Source of the DNA: Candidatus Bathyarchaeia archaeon
GTDB lineage: Archaea > Thermoproteota > Bathyarchaeia > 40CM-2-53-6
DNA: 64,000 bases
Direction: 5' to 3'
NCBI GenBank assembly: GCA_049513715.1
Contig: JBEKVV010000006.1
Span: forward strand, 32,001-96,000
The notes below the pieces were generated by a model that was not told the DNA's origin, made no database searches, and saw nothing but the letters and a program-made list of their open reading frames with translations. A program made the translations under genes and the position numbers. Shown one piece after another: positions 20,128 to 30,131 of this stretch; position 1 is the first letter of the stretch; each line of letters opens with the position of its first letter.

Positions 20128-21186
20128 ATGTCTGCTGAATTCAAGGTTCAAGCAAAGTTTCTGGAGGCGTGTAAGTACAATCTGCAGCTTAAGCCCGGCC
20201 AGAGGCTTCTCATCATCCATGACAGCACGAGCGAAAGCCTGCTCAACCTGTTGAAGCCGGCAATTGACAAGTCAGGCTACGCCACGGAAATTCTCAATAT
20301 GGGTCCGAACCGGCCGTATGGGTCGATTCCAACGGAGCTTTCGAAGAGAATTTCAGACCATGAAGCGGTCATTGGCTTCTTTAATTACGAAGGGCACGAC
20401 GACTGGAACAGGTCTGAGTTATCGTTCCGGATGGATCTGATTAATTTCATTCAAAGCAAGCCCATGCGGTACGCTCACGCACCCGGGCTCAGTTTGGACA
20501 TGCTGTCCAACGGCTCTTTCCAGTGCGATTTCAAAGAAATGGCTGAAAGTGCCAAGCATCTGCTTAGAGTCCTCGACGGAGCCAGGACAATTCATGTAAT
20601 TGCGCCTGCAGGCACAGATTTCCATTTAGAGCTTGACCCGGGAATGCAGTTCGAAACAGATGCCATAATTGTTCCACCCGGCTTACAGGCACCGGGAAAG
20701 ATGGGAAATTGGCCTCCAGGGGAGGTCTGGGTTGAATCATTCTCGAACGTACCCATCGCGGGAATTGTCCCGGCCCGCATAAGGTCTCACGGAAGAATAG
20801 TGTGTGACCTGTGTGTCGGAGGCATCCTCGCCAAGGTCAACCCGGCACAGCCTGTCGTGGTCGATGTAGGTGAGGATGGGTGGCTCAAGAAGTATGATTC
20901 GGCTGACGAGAGGTTCAGGCGGATCCAGCAGGACTATGATGAGGACTCGGCGAAGTGGAATGTCCAGCCTTACACTCAAGAGCTTGGATTAGGCCTGAAC
21001 GACAAAGCTAGGGTAGGTACGGGGAACCTTCTCGAGGATGAAAAAGCTAAGAAAACATGCCATGTTGCGGTTGGAAGCTACCGGACACACACAGATTTCC
21101 TAATCGGCAAACCCACGATCGATGTCACCTACAATAATCAAAGGACCTCTACCGTCTTGAAACACGGAGAACTGCAACTGAACTAG
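20128..21186 (+). CDS. M29/leucyl-aminopeptidase-like metalloprotein
   Basis: PAGTDF, GNWPPGEV, ELGLGLN, LLEDEK, HVAVG, HTD. Confidence 0.7.
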   Translation: MSAEFKVQAKFLEACKYNLQLKPGQRLLIIHDSTSESLLNLLKPAIDKSGYATEILNMGPNRPYGSIPTELSKRISDHEAVIGFFNYEGHDDWNRSELSFRMDLINFIQSKPMRYAHAPGLSLDMLSNGSFQCDFKEMAESAKHLLRVLDGARTIHVIAPAGTDFHLELDPGMQFETDAIIVPPGLQAPGKMGNWPPGEVWVESFSNVPIAGIVPARIRSHGRIVCDLCVGGILAKVNPAQPVVVDVGEDGWLKKYDSADERFRRIQQDYDEDSAKWNVQPYTQELGLGLNDKARVGTGNLLEDEKAKKTCHVAVGSYRTHTDFLIGKPTIDVTYNNQRTSTVLKHGELQLN

Positions 21187-21249
21187 AAGCTGCAGACCAC
21201 CAGCAGATTGTGGCTCGGTTATTCAAGCTGCGGTGTCCTCGGGCGGGTT

Positions 21250-21861
21250 CTAGTTAGAAGTTTTCTGTAATCCTGCGAGTTCTGACGCTCGCTTAACAAC
21301 CGTCTCGTAAAGTCGTTCGAACCTTCCATCGGTCAACGCCTTTTCTAAGTCCGCGTAGTCAGTGAGGTCGATTCCGTAGACATCTGAATATTCCTCATGC
21401 AACAGGCCGCTGTCTATTGGATGCCGGTCAAGCATCGCATAGAATGTTGCTTTATGTAGAATCGTGACGAAAACGCCGGCCAGTCCACCTCTCTCGAGCA
21501 AGTCTTGTCGTTGACTCATGAAGGGACAGTTGGCGAACTTTTTGACGTTGCAGGATTGGTTCCTTTCGTCGAAGAGTCTTGCATAGATTTGAGCCACGGT
21601 GTTCAGGAATTGCGCGTCCGAGGAGAGTTCTTCAACGGACTTGGTGTTGGGTGAGGCCGTGCTGGCTTGGGCCTTGGTTTGCTGTAGTGTTATCACCGCC
21701 CTTTGTGCTTCGGAGGCCGAATGATCCTTGGACCAGAGCAGGCATGACCACTCGCACTTTTGCTCTGCTTTGGTATCCAGCCGGAGGTCTCGAATGAAAT
21801 CAGCAGCAAATTTCCCGGCAGCGTGGCTCGCTTGATTTTCTGACAACACAACACATCTCAC
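21250..21861 (-). CDS. Hypothetical protein
   Basis: 203-aa ORF co-oriented with pyrD; no family recognised. Confidence 0.55.
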   Translation of the reverse strand: MRCVVLSENQASHAAGKFAADFIRDLRLDTKAEQKCEWSCLLWSKDHSASEAQRAVITLQQTKAQASTASPNTKSVEELSSDAQFLNTVAQIYARLFDERNQSCNVKKFANCPFMSQRQDLLERGGLAGVFVTILHKATFYAMLDRHPIDSGLLHEEYSDVYGIDLTDYADLEKALTDGRFERLYETVVKRASELAGLQKTSN

Positions 21862-21918
21862 TGAAGTGTGGGCAATTTCAAATTAGGTTTTGCATATAAT
21901 TCCTTTGTCCAGTCATCA

Positions 21919-22959
21919 TTACAGACCGGATCCGATGATTTGGTTAAGGGAGCTTGACTTGGAGCTTTCTAGAAGGCTGAGAAGTTCCTTGTTTATCTTA
22001 GCAATTACACTTGGGCCCTCATAGATTAGGGCGGTGTAAAGTTGTACTGAGGAGGCGCCTGCTTCAAAGGCACGCCAAGCGTTTAGTCCAGACGATATGC
22101 CGCCGCATGCGTTGATTGGAATCTTGCCTTCCGTGTTTCGGTAAATGTCTGCTACGATTCTAAGCATGTCCTCGAAGATTGGAGGGCCACTGAGCCCACC
22201 TGTTCCAATGCTGGCTCGCGGTTCATTGATCATCTTTGTGTTAGCCGCGGTTATACCATCCACAGAGTTCTTTACGCAGGTTTCAACGAGGTCTAGGACG
22301 TTCTCGCGCTCTTTCTCAGTGAAATACGGTGGAACCTTCACCCAAACTGGTTTTCCACGGCTCCTAACCGCGTTTGTGGCGTCCAGCAGGCTAGTGAGAA
22401 CCGCTGGGTCTTGAAAAACTCTCACACCCACAGTGTTCGGCGTACTTATGTTCAACTCAATTCCATCTGCTAATGGCTCCATGACGCGGTAACAGCCTGT
22501 AAACTCCTCAACGCTCAACCCCGATACGCTTACTATGATTCGTCCACGATGGTTCTTCTTCTGCTGGAGATTTCCAGCGATTTTTTCAGCTCCGTCGTTT
22601 GGGAGCCCCATCGAGTTTACTAGGGAGTTCCCTGGGTACCGCCACACCCTCGGCTTGGGGTTACCTTCGCGGGGGTTCAATGTAACCGTGCCCAAAGTCA
22701 AGTAGCCAAAGCCCATTTTGAAAAGTGCCCTGACCATCTCACAATTCTTGTCGAACCCGGCCGCAAGCCCAACAGGGTTTGGAAATTCCAGATGGCCGAC
22801 CGAAGCGTTCAACCGTTCATCGTCAACGCAGAAACGGGAACGCAAGAGCGTCCATAACCAAGAACGTTTGAAGAAGCACTTCGCAATGCTATGTGCGGTC
22901 TCTGGCGGTGTAAGAAACATCGCTGGCTTGGCGATTGTTTTGTATAAACTCAGTTTCAA
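21919..22959 (-). CDS. pyrD: Dihydroorotate dehydrogenase, class 2 (quinone) type
   Basis: PETAH, NPVGLAAGFDKN, GNPKPR, NISTPNT, GGLSG, GASSVQLYTALIYEGP. Confidence 0.88.
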   Translation of the reverse strand: MKLSLYKTIAKPAMFLTPPETAHSIAKCFFKRSWLWTLLRSRFCVDDERLNASVGHLEFPNPVGLAAGFDKNCEMVRALFKMGFGYLTLGTVTLNPREGNPKPRVWRYPGNSLVNSMGLPNDGAEKIAGNLQQKKNHRGRIIVSVSGLSVEEFTGCYRVMEPLADGIELNISTPNTVGVRVFQDPAVLTSLLDATNAVRSRGKPVWVKVPPYFTEKERENVLDLVETCVKNSVDGITAANTKMINEPRASIGTGGLSGPPIFEDMLRIVADIYRNTEGKIPINACGGISSGLNAWRAFEAGASSVQLYTALIYEGPSVIAKINKELLSLLESSKSSSLNQIIGSGL

Positions 22960-23080
22960 GGAAAACTACTCAGGTGAATTCGCGGCTACACATGGCGTGC
23001 TAACTGTTTCATCGGTAAAATAGCCTTCCAATCCCTCCCGGAGTTACCTGGCAACTGCACGCACGATATCCCACAAGTAT

Positions 23081-23287
23081 GAGTGTGTGTCCCACACTCT
23101 AACAAGGGAGGATGGGTGGCAGCCACCTATGAGAGGGTGGCATACACCCTCACGAGGGGTGCGACACCCCCAAGGCACACACACGAAAAGCCACCAGAAT
23201 AGACGGTTCAATTTTGGATGCTCGCACCACTAGACCCACACACACAAAATTACATAAACGACGACGAACGACGGTTCAATTATGCGC
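23081..23287. repeat. Palindrome array plus tRNA-3'-like/(CA)n element
   Basis: Four GTG..CAC palindromes at 23081-23170; GGTTCAATTTTGGATGCTCGCACCA at 23205-23229 flanked by CACACACAC tracts. Confidence 0.7.
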
Positions 23288-23343
23288 ATGTCGCGTGTCG
23301 TTAGAAAGTCATAAGAAACAATACGCATTAGTCTTGTCGTGTC

Positions 23344-25047
23344 ATGTTGAGCATGCGAGAACGTCGGATCCATTTTTGCTGTAGACACCGATTGCTTCGC
23401 AGGTTTATGTGTCGACTGGAAGGCCTGATTCTAATCACACTATTTCTAGGCCTATTGCTCCATAATGTTGGGAACGTTAATGGTGATTGGCCTCCCTTCG
23501 AACATGTTTTGGGAAAGCAAACGATACTTGTTATTACTGTTGACTTCTCTGACACAGAGCATTCAGTCACCAAATCCTACGTAGAAGACATGATCTTTTC
23601 CAAAGTGAGTTCATATTTTAGAGAGGCTTCGTTCAACCAGACCTGGATTGAAGGCCAGGTCACCGATCGCTGGTACCGTCTATCTGGTACAGTTACCTCC
23701 TATGCCGAACGTAATGCCTTAGGGCGTGGTAATCCGTGGAAAGACATGCAGCGGCTCGTTAGAGATGTAGTGTCGATCGCGGATCATGACGTTGACTTTT
23801 CGAAGTTCCGCTATGTTGTAATCGTCCACTCAGGCGAACTAAACGGAGCATGGGGATTAATCAGTCCATACGAAATCGTCACTAAGGAGGGACCGCTATC
23901 TCGGAATTTTGCAATTCTCTCTGAACGGCATTCCCTCAGCGTTTACGCGCACGAGTTTGGTCACCTTTTCGGTTACCTTCCGGACATGTATGCAGTTCCA
24001 AGCGGCAACCCTGCCTTCGCTGGGCCATGGGATCTGATGTCATGCACATGTTACAGCAGTCCACAACACTTTTCGGCCTGGAGCAAGATTAAGATGGGAT
24101 GGATTCATCAAAATCAAGTACTCACCGTAGATTCCTCCGCCGTAACAAGATTGCGACTCGACGCTCAAGAGGTCGAATCCAATGGAGTGCTTGCTATAAG
24201 AGTCCAATTACCGAGCACGAATGCATACTATCTCTTAGAATTGAGAACTAAGATTGGTTACGATTCAGTGTTACCAGACCAAGGTGTTGTCGCCTATCTT
24301 GTTGATGAGCGCAAGACTGACTGGGGAGAATCTGTCCTAAGTGTTGTACAATACAACACCTCTTCGCTTGAACATGCCACATTTGACATGCGTCCAGGCA
24401 AGGTCCCCGGATTCTTGGACGAGCTACACGGGTTCGGGCTTGTAGTAATATCTTCGCACGGCTCGTCCAGAGAGCTCTTGATAGGAAAACTTACGGCTAC
24501 ACGACCTGCGTTAACGGCGTCCGCGCATATTCAAATGGCTAACGCAACGATCGAATGGGCATGGAGTGAAGGACGAATTCAGGGACTGGAAGCGGCTCGC
24601 GAAAGCTTTCTGGCCTCCTTCGACGCCTTCAACAACACTCATTATGAAGAGGCCGACCGATTAGCAACAGCTGCTGCAACGCTCGCGGCAAAGGCAACAC
24701 GACCATCCTCATACGAGCAAGCGGACCAGATGATCAATTCAGCAAGGCAATTGTTGCTCAACTCGTCGTTCACAGTTCCTGAGGCTCTGGAGCTTCGTCA
24801 GCAAGCAGCCATAGCCCTGCAGAATGCCACGTCTTTATTCTATACGAATCGCTTTGACGAGGCACTAGTTCAGGCTCAGCGTTCATTGGACTTGCTGCGC
24901 GAAGCCAGAAAGGTCGAGGCATCCGTTCTAGAACAAGCTAGGCAGGCTGGAAGTAATCAGCGGACAACGACCTTCTCAATCATAGCGATCATTGCCGTCT
25001 CGGCTATGGTTCTGACCTTGACGTTGGGAAAGAAGAGAAAGAAATGA
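23344..25047 (+). CDS. Membrane-anchored M6 (InhA-like) metalloprotease domain protein
   Basis: Signal-like segment, YFREASF, HEFGH...LPDMY, WDLMS, SAWSKIKMGW, helical repeat, C-terminal TM plus KKRKK; true start may be 23407. Confidence 0.8.
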   Translation: MLSMRERRIHFCCRHRLLRRFMCRLEGLILITLFLGLLLHNVGNVNGDWPPFEHVLGKQTILVITVDFSDTEHSVTKSYVEDMIFSKVSSYFREASFNQTWIEGQVTDRWYRLSGTVTSYAERNALGRGNPWKDMQRLVRDVVSIADHDVDFSKFRYVVIVHSGELNGAWGLISPYEIVTKEGPLSRNFAILSERHSLSVYAHEFGHLFGYLPDMYAVPSGNPAFAGPWDLMSCTCYSSPQHFSAWSKIKMGWIHQNQVLTVDSSAVTRLRLDAQEVESNGVLAIRVQLPSTNAYYLLELRTKIGYDSVLPDQGVVAYLVDERKTDWGESVLSVVQYNTSSLEHATFDMRPGKVPGFLDELHGFGLVVISSHGSSRELLIGKLTATRPALTASAHIQMANATIEWAWSEGRIQGLEAARESFLASFDAFNNTHYEEADRLATAAATLAAKATRPSSYEQADQMINSARQLLLNSSFTVPEALELRQQAAIALQNATSLFYTNRFDEALVQAQRSLDLLREARKVEASVLEQARQAGSNQRTTTFSIIAIIAVSAMVLTLTLGKKRKK

Positions 25048-25137
25048 GAAATTTGTGTTCTGATCTAGGTTTCGTGCGCGGTTTTCACATTAACCACCAG
25101 GTCCAGTCGGACCACTTAGCCTGACATAACTCCAAGA

Positions 25138-25226
25138 TGGTGCGGGTAAGCTTGAGTAAAGGTGTCCTGAATCGGACCGTTGTTTTCGTGTGTGTGAGCT
25201 AGTGGTGCGCACACACACTAAAAACC
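25138..25226 (-). repeat. Inverted copies of the CGCACCA/(CA)n element
   Basis: Minus strand reads ...GCGCACCA CTAGCTCACACACACGAAAAC... and ...CCCGCACCA; TGGTGCG at 25138 and 25203. Confidence 0.65.
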
Positions 25227-25474
25227 AGGGTTGCGTCGTGAGGAATTCGTATGGCATTGCCCGTCATGGCTTCACTTACGGGATCGGTTCGCCATGATTG
25301 GGATAAATCGATGACCATGAAATCGCCGTTGGTTGCGGTACATAAAGAGGCGTGTGTGGTTATCAGGCGTGAATACTGGCAATTGCTTCCATAGGCGTTT
25401 CTTCTTTCACCATGTTCGTTCTCATTTGTGGTAATTGTTGACGGTTCTATTATACGCCGCAGAAGTTACTTTCC

Positions 25475-26020
25475 ATGATCGTGATGAATAGGCCAGAGCA
25501 TAGTTCTCTCTCTGAAATCATGACGAGTAAAGTCGTCACAGTGGACATTAGTGAACGGGTAGAGGAAGCGTTGCGGCTTATGGTTAGGTTTGATGTGGGG
25601 TGCGTCATCGTTACTGATAGGTCAAAGCCTGTGGGCATTGTTACTGAGAGGGACGTCACAAGGGCAGCTCTGCGAGGCGACAGCCTGCTCAAACTCCCGG
25701 TACGAAGCCTGATGTCTAGGCCGTTACAGACGGCTCCACCGGACATGGAGACATGGCGTGCTTTTGAGATCCTTTTGAAGACCGGAGTCAGAAGATTGCC
25801 AGTCGTCGAAAATGACAGGCTGGTCGGAATTGTTACAGAAAACGACCTCACCCGATGGGTCCTTCGAATTTTCTACGAACCCAATCTACCACCCGAGATC
25901 CGAAACCTTGTTCACAACCCAAGAATCGAAGCCTTTGCAGGGCGAGTGAAATGCCCCAACTGTGGCCATTATCAGGACGAGTGCATCTGCGTTAGAACCG
26001 CCGTGGCTGCAGAAGAATAA
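25475..26020 (+). CDS. CBS-pair protein with C-terminal CxxC-x5-CxC tail
   Basis: VGIVTERD, RRLPVV, LVGIVTEND; CPNCGHYQDECIC. Confidence 0.85.
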   Translation: MIVMNRPEHSSLSEIMTSKVVTVDISERVEEALRLMVRFDVGCVIVTDRSKPVGIVTERDVTRAALRGDSLLKLPVRSLMSRPLQTAPPDMETWRAFEILLKTGVRRLPVVENDRLVGIVTENDLTRWVLRIFYEPNLPPEIRNLVHNPRIEAFAGRVKCPNCGHYQDECICVRTAVAAEE

Positions 26021-26141
26021 ACTCCCCAGTCGGATTCATAATCATCGTCATCAGGGTAATCACCGCAGCGGGCACCGTTCAAGAGTGCGGTCTCCTGTGA
26101 AGATGGCTACAGCCGAGCAGTTATTTCCGTCGACCGTTTTT

Positions 26142-26429
26142 TCATTTGAATGCGTAGATTGAATAGATAATTACGGCGAAACCTAAACTTGTGACCATTG
26201 TGCCCATCGCGATTGCGGCTAGAAGGGCTTCACCGAATATCACATAGAAAAGCCCTTCAACGACCGTTCCAGCGGTTATGAGACCAAAGCCTAAGGCTAC
26301 GTATCGCAAAGGTTCGCTTCTGTTCCGTCTGTAGCCCCTGTAGGCTAAGTATACTATGAAAGCTCCCAAGACGAGAGCCAAAACCTTCGGGATAGTTGCG
26401 AGCCATACGTCCACGGTAAACTCAATCAT
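26142..26429 (-). CDS. Small 3-TM membrane protein partnered with HTH regulator
   Basis: YLAYRGYRR..ALGFGLI..G..IIYSIY pattern typical of archaeal HTH-linked membrane proteins. Confidence 0.7.
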   Translation of the reverse strand: MIEFTVDVWLATIPKVLALVLGAFIVYLAYRGYRRNRSEPLRYVALGFGLITAGTVVEGLFYVIFGEALLAAIAMGTMVTSLGFAVIIYSIYAFK

Positions 26430-26446
26430 TAATGCTTCCTTCAAAA

Positions 26447-26806
26447 CTATACCGTTGGTATTGATGTCCACATTCGCGTGAATCGATCCGCCACGTGGTC
26501 GTTCACGATTACATCGATCCTAACATCGCCTTTCTCGAAGCTAACATCTATGCGTCGCAGCAGGCTTCTGTACAGATCGTACCATTTGCCGTCCGTCGTA
26601 CGCCCCGACTTGACAGCAGCAATCAGCCCCGCCTCGACCAGCTCTTCAATGCGGCGGTAGACCGTGGTAATCGGTATTTCATACTTCTTGCTCAGCTCCA
26701 AGGCGCTCATTGGGGACTCGATGGTCGCAGTGAGTATTTTCCTAGAATACTCATCAGCCATCGCTGAGAGAATTCGTTGCTTTGCTGGTTCCTCGCTGAC
26801 TATCAA
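26447..26806 (-). CDS. ArsR-like winged HTH regulator
   Basis: DEYSRKIL...MSALELS...IPITTVYRRIEELVEAGLI. Confidence 0.8.
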   Translation of the reverse strand: MIVSEEPAKQRILSAMADEYSRKILTATIESPMSALELSKKYEIPITTVYRRIEELVEAGLIAAVKSGRTTDGKWYDLYRSLLRRIDVSFEKGDVRIDVIVNDHVADRFTRMWTSIPTV

Positions 26807-26915
26807 AGGCGCGCCCTAATCCGCTGCTTATCAGGCTAGTAAGCTTGGTTGTATGCCTTTTAAGCTAACGTAAAATAAGCTCATCGTTAATGCCCGTCAG
26901 ATCCGGGTGTGCTAA

Positions 26916-28067
26916 TTGCGAGTCGGCATTGTAGGTGTAGGACAGACACCTTTCGGAAAACTTTCGGATTCTTCAAGTCGTGAACTGGTGGCCGACGCTT
27001 TCAGGGAGGCTTTGTCAGACGCAGGCCTAGCTAGGAAGGATATTTCCACACTCATAGTATGCTCAGGATCGCAGTACGATAGGCAACGTTCCCCCGCGGG
27101 TATTATGGCGGAGTACGTTGGCCTGAACCCAACCCCGACGCTCCATGTGGAAGCAGCTTGTGCTTCCTCGGGCGTGGGGGTCAGAGTCGGTTGGTCGATG
27201 ATACAGGCTGGTTTGCATGATACCGTCGCTGTTGTCGGCTTTCAGAAGATGACTGAGCTTGACGCAGCTGAGATTCAAGACGTGATGAGTCGGTCGGGCG
27301 ATGTTATGTGGGAATCCCCTTTCGGCCCCACCATGCCCGCATATTACGCTATGCACGCGAGGGCTCACATGAAACGGTATGGAACAACGGAGGAGCAATT
27401 CGCCCTCGTCTCGGTGAAGAACCATAAGTATGGTGCCACGAACCCGCTGGCGATGTTCAAGAAAGAGATCACAGTGGAAGATGTGCTAAAGTCTCGGGTT
27501 GTGGCGAGCCCACTGAAGCTTCTTGATTGTTGCGCGAACGCCGATGGTGCAGCTTGCGTGATAATGGCAGGAGAGAAGTTTGCCAGAAAGACGACTGATA
27601 ACCCGGTTTGGATTGCGGGCCTAGGATTGGCGTCCAGCCCCATGTCCCTCACAGGCCGTAGCGAGTTTGCGAGCTTCGAATGCAGCGTCCACGCCGTGAA
27701 ACAGGCCTACAAGATGGCCAAAGTGACGGCCCGCGACTTGGATGTGGCTGAGGTTCATGACAGTTTCACCTCTGCCGAGATAATCGATTATGAAGACTTG
27801 GGTTTCTGCAGAAAGGGGATGGGAGGGAAACTAATCCAGGATGAACAAACATCCATTGGAGGAAGAATTCCCGTAAACGTTGATGGGGGGTTACTGGCTA
27901 AAGGCCACCCTGTTGGCGCAACAGGCGCGTCCCACATAATCTCAATTGTGAAGCAACTTAGGAATCAAGCGGGCCCCAACCAAGTTCCGAAGGCGAACGT
28001 CGGCTTGGCACACAACATTGGCGGAATCGGAATGTACGCCGTCTGTACAGTGCTTCGGGCAACTTGA
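26916..28067 (+). CDS. Archaeal thiolase (acetyl-CoA acetyltransferase, SCP-x type)
   Basis: EAACASS, DGAAC, AEVHDSF, NVDGGLLAKGHPVGATG, HNIGG. Confidence 0.9.
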   Translation: MRVGIVGVGQTPFGKLSDSSSRELVADAFREALSDAGLARKDISTLIVCSGSQYDRQRSPAGIMAEYVGLNPTPTLHVEAACASSGVGVRVGWSMIQAGLHDTVAVVGFQKMTELDAAEIQDVMSRSGDVMWESPFGPTMPAYYAMHARAHMKRYGTTEEQFALVSVKNHKYGATNPLAMFKKEITVEDVLKSRVVASPLKLLDCCANADGAACVIMAGEKFARKTTDNPVWIAGLGLASSPMSLTGRSEFASFECSVHAVKQAYKMAKVTARDLDVAEVHDSFTSAEIIDYEDLGFCRKGMGGKLIQDEQTSIGGRIPVNVDGGLLAKGHPVGATGASHIISIVKQLRNQAGPNQVPKANVGLAHNIGGIGMYAVCTVLRAT

Positions 28068-28095
28068 TTTTGACCAGATGGGAGGTTGTTAGAGT

Positions 28096-28524
28096 ATGGG
28101 GTTCGAGAAGTTTGGGTTCATATCTTTCTCCAGCCAAACCAAGGTAGCAAAATTCGTCGACTATTTACAGGATGGAAAAATCTACGGCACCAAATGCAAG
28201 GAGTGCGGTCGTCTTCAATTTCCTCCAAGGGCACATTGCAATCGGTGCTTATCGAGCAAGTATGAATGGGAAGAACTGTCAGGCGACTGCACTCTCATAA
28301 CATTCACGAAAGTCGAGGCCTCACCAGCCGCATTCAAGGAACAGTCGCCGTACGTGATTGGCCTTGCAGAATTTGTTGAGGGCCCAAAGGTTTTCGCATG
28401 GATGGACAAATCGATATCCGAAGGTGAAGTCACAATTGGAATGAAATTGAAGCTGAAATCCTCGAAGCTTCCAAATGGAAACCTGTCGTACACTCTTTTC
28501 AGAACCGAAACAGAGCACGATTGA
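28096..28524 (+). CDS. DUF35 Zn-ribbon/OB-fold thiolase partner
   Basis: KCKECG..FPPRAHCNRC directly downstream of the thiolase. Confidence 0.88.
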   Translation: MGFEKFGFISFSSQTKVAKFVDYLQDGKIYGTKCKECGRLQFPPRAHCNRCLSSKYEWEELSGDCTLITFTKVEASPAAFKEQSPYVIGLAEFVEGPKVFAWMDKSISEGEVTIGMKLKLKSSKLPNGNLSYTLFRTETEHD

Positions 28525-28760
28525 TGGGTTGTACTGAATTCGAGGAGCGTGAACCCTAGCGCAGACGAGCCTATGAAGTTTAGAACTCAAACCGGGTGAC
28601 TGTGTGGTCGCCCGTTACGGCAGCAAGCTGGCAAATACTCGTCGTCTATTTGTTCTTCGCTTGCTTGCGGTTTTTTCTCTGTCACGAAGCCCTCTCAACC
28701 ATACTACGGCATCGCTTAAATGATTTTTCAAACAGAAAATTCCGCTAACAAGAAACTCGA

Positions 28761-28785
28761 CGTTCAAATCAGGTGGCTCAGCCCA
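28761..28785 (+). repeat. Degenerate tRNA-3'-like 25-mer
   Basis: CGTTCAAATCAGGTGGCTCAGCCCA has the T-loop-to-CCA spacing and is preceded by ACAAGAAAC, which is also seen next to other copies. Confidence 0.4.
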
Positions 28786-28830
28786 AGCTATCCAGAACTT
28801 AGGTCATGCATGCCGCAAGACGTCGATCAA

Positions 28831-29115
28831 TTACGCGTCATTACTGAGGTATAGCGTGAGTTGGCCTTTCTTTTGGAACCAGTCAGTGACTTGGTATCCC
28901 CCATCGTCCAGTTTTGCGGATGTGAGTAAGCTCAAAAGCCCCTGTAAAATTGGTGAATCGTATTTTGTACCCGATAGATACCAGAACCCATTCAAACCTA
29001 ACAGAAGTATTTCAGAAACGGTCAATCTTCCTACGAACAACAGCTTCTTTCTGTACCGTCTAATGAAATGCAGGTACTGTCTAGTTCTGATTCGCTCGTA
29101 AATCAGGACTGGCAC
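28831..29115 (-). CDS. Hypothetical protein (start uncertain)
   Basis: Lower-GC ORF; frame stays open to about 29181; TATA-like TATATA upstream. Confidence 0.4.
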   Translation of the reverse strand: MPVLIYERIRTRQYLHFIRRYRKKLLFVGRLTVSEILLLGLNGFWYLSGTKYDSPILQGLLSLLTSAKLDDGGYQVTDWFQKKGQLTLYLSNDA

Positions 29116-29311
29116 GCGTCTTTTGAGTTGGACGAGCTGTTCTAGGCTGGCCGAGGTTCTCGCCTCGATTAGCGCAAAACATCAGTTTCCATACGGCATA
29201 TATATGAAATATACAGCCGCCCGAAACTCAGCCTAACCTGTGCAGTTTGATGGGGTAGTTCACGGAGCAAGGAACATTTAGGTCTCCATCATCTAATGAG
29301 GCTCGCGTCTC

Positions 29312-30097
29312 ATGGGGCAGGAGTTCACACTGCGGCTATCAGGCAAAGTTGCCATCATCACAGGGTCGACCGGAGGAATAGGCCATGCTGCCGCGTTGGA
29401 ATTGGCGAAGGAAGGTGCGAATATTGTTCTCCAATACAGGTCGAAGAAAGTTGAAGCGGATAATCTAGCGGGGAGGATTGCCGCCCTAGGCCGCAGAGCA
29501 ATACTTGCGCAAGTCGATTTTACAAACGTGAGAACAGCTCCGAATGAAGTTGAGCAGATGGTTAATGGAACCATAGATCAGCTCGGCAGAATCGATGCAC
29601 TAGTAAACCTAGCCGGCTACCCCGCAAAGGGTGAGTGGAACAAACGCTTCATGGATCTATCGCCTGAGGATTTCTTCAAACCCATCAATGTTGACCTCTT
29701 CGGTTCTTACCTCTGCGCCCGAGCAGCAGCCCCTTACTTCCTGAAACAGAAGAGCGGGGTTATAGTGAATGTGAGTTCGACACCCGCGCTCAGCGGTCAC
29801 GATAGAGGTTTTGCGTTTACTGTTGCGAAGGCAGGGGTGATTGGGTTAACGAAAGCCCTCGCCTTTGAACTCGCCCCTCACGTGCGCGTGAACACTCTGG
29901 CTCTGGGAAATGTGGAGACCACATGGGTCAGCGAGCTGAGCAGTGAAGAGCTGAGCAAGCAGCGTCAGGATAACCTCATCAGAAGGTTTGGGTCCCCAGA
30001 AGAGATTGCTAAGAGTATTGTATTTCTTTGCTCCAACGAATCCTCGTTTCTAAATGGGCAGACGATAGTCCTCGATGGTGGGAGCACACTTCACTAA
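29312..30097 (+). CDS. SDR oxidoreductase (FabG-like)
   Basis: TGSTGGIG, NLAG, NVSS, FTVAK (Phe in place of the catalytic Tyr), VRVN, LDGG; true start may be CTG 29330 (RLSGKVAII). Confidence 0.85.
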   Translation: MGQEFTLRLSGKVAIITGSTGGIGHAAALELAKEGANIVLQYRSKKVEADNLAGRIAALGRRAILAQVDFTNVRTAPNEVEQMVNGTIDQLGRIDALVNLAGYPAKGEWNKRFMDLSPEDFFKPINVDLFGSYLCARAAAPYFLKQKSGVIVNVSSTPALSGHDRGFAFTVAKAGVIGLTKALAFELAPHVRVNTLALGNVETTWVSELSSEELSKQRQDNLIRRFGSPEEIAKSIVFLCSNESSFLNGQTIVLDGGSTLH

Positions 30098-30131
30098 CGT
30101 GGTACGAAACTGCGAGTGGAGCTGGGATTGA

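Noticed and set aside
23081..23290. CRISPR array
   Set aside because: Repeats are degenerate, few and irregularly spaced, and no cas genes are in the window.
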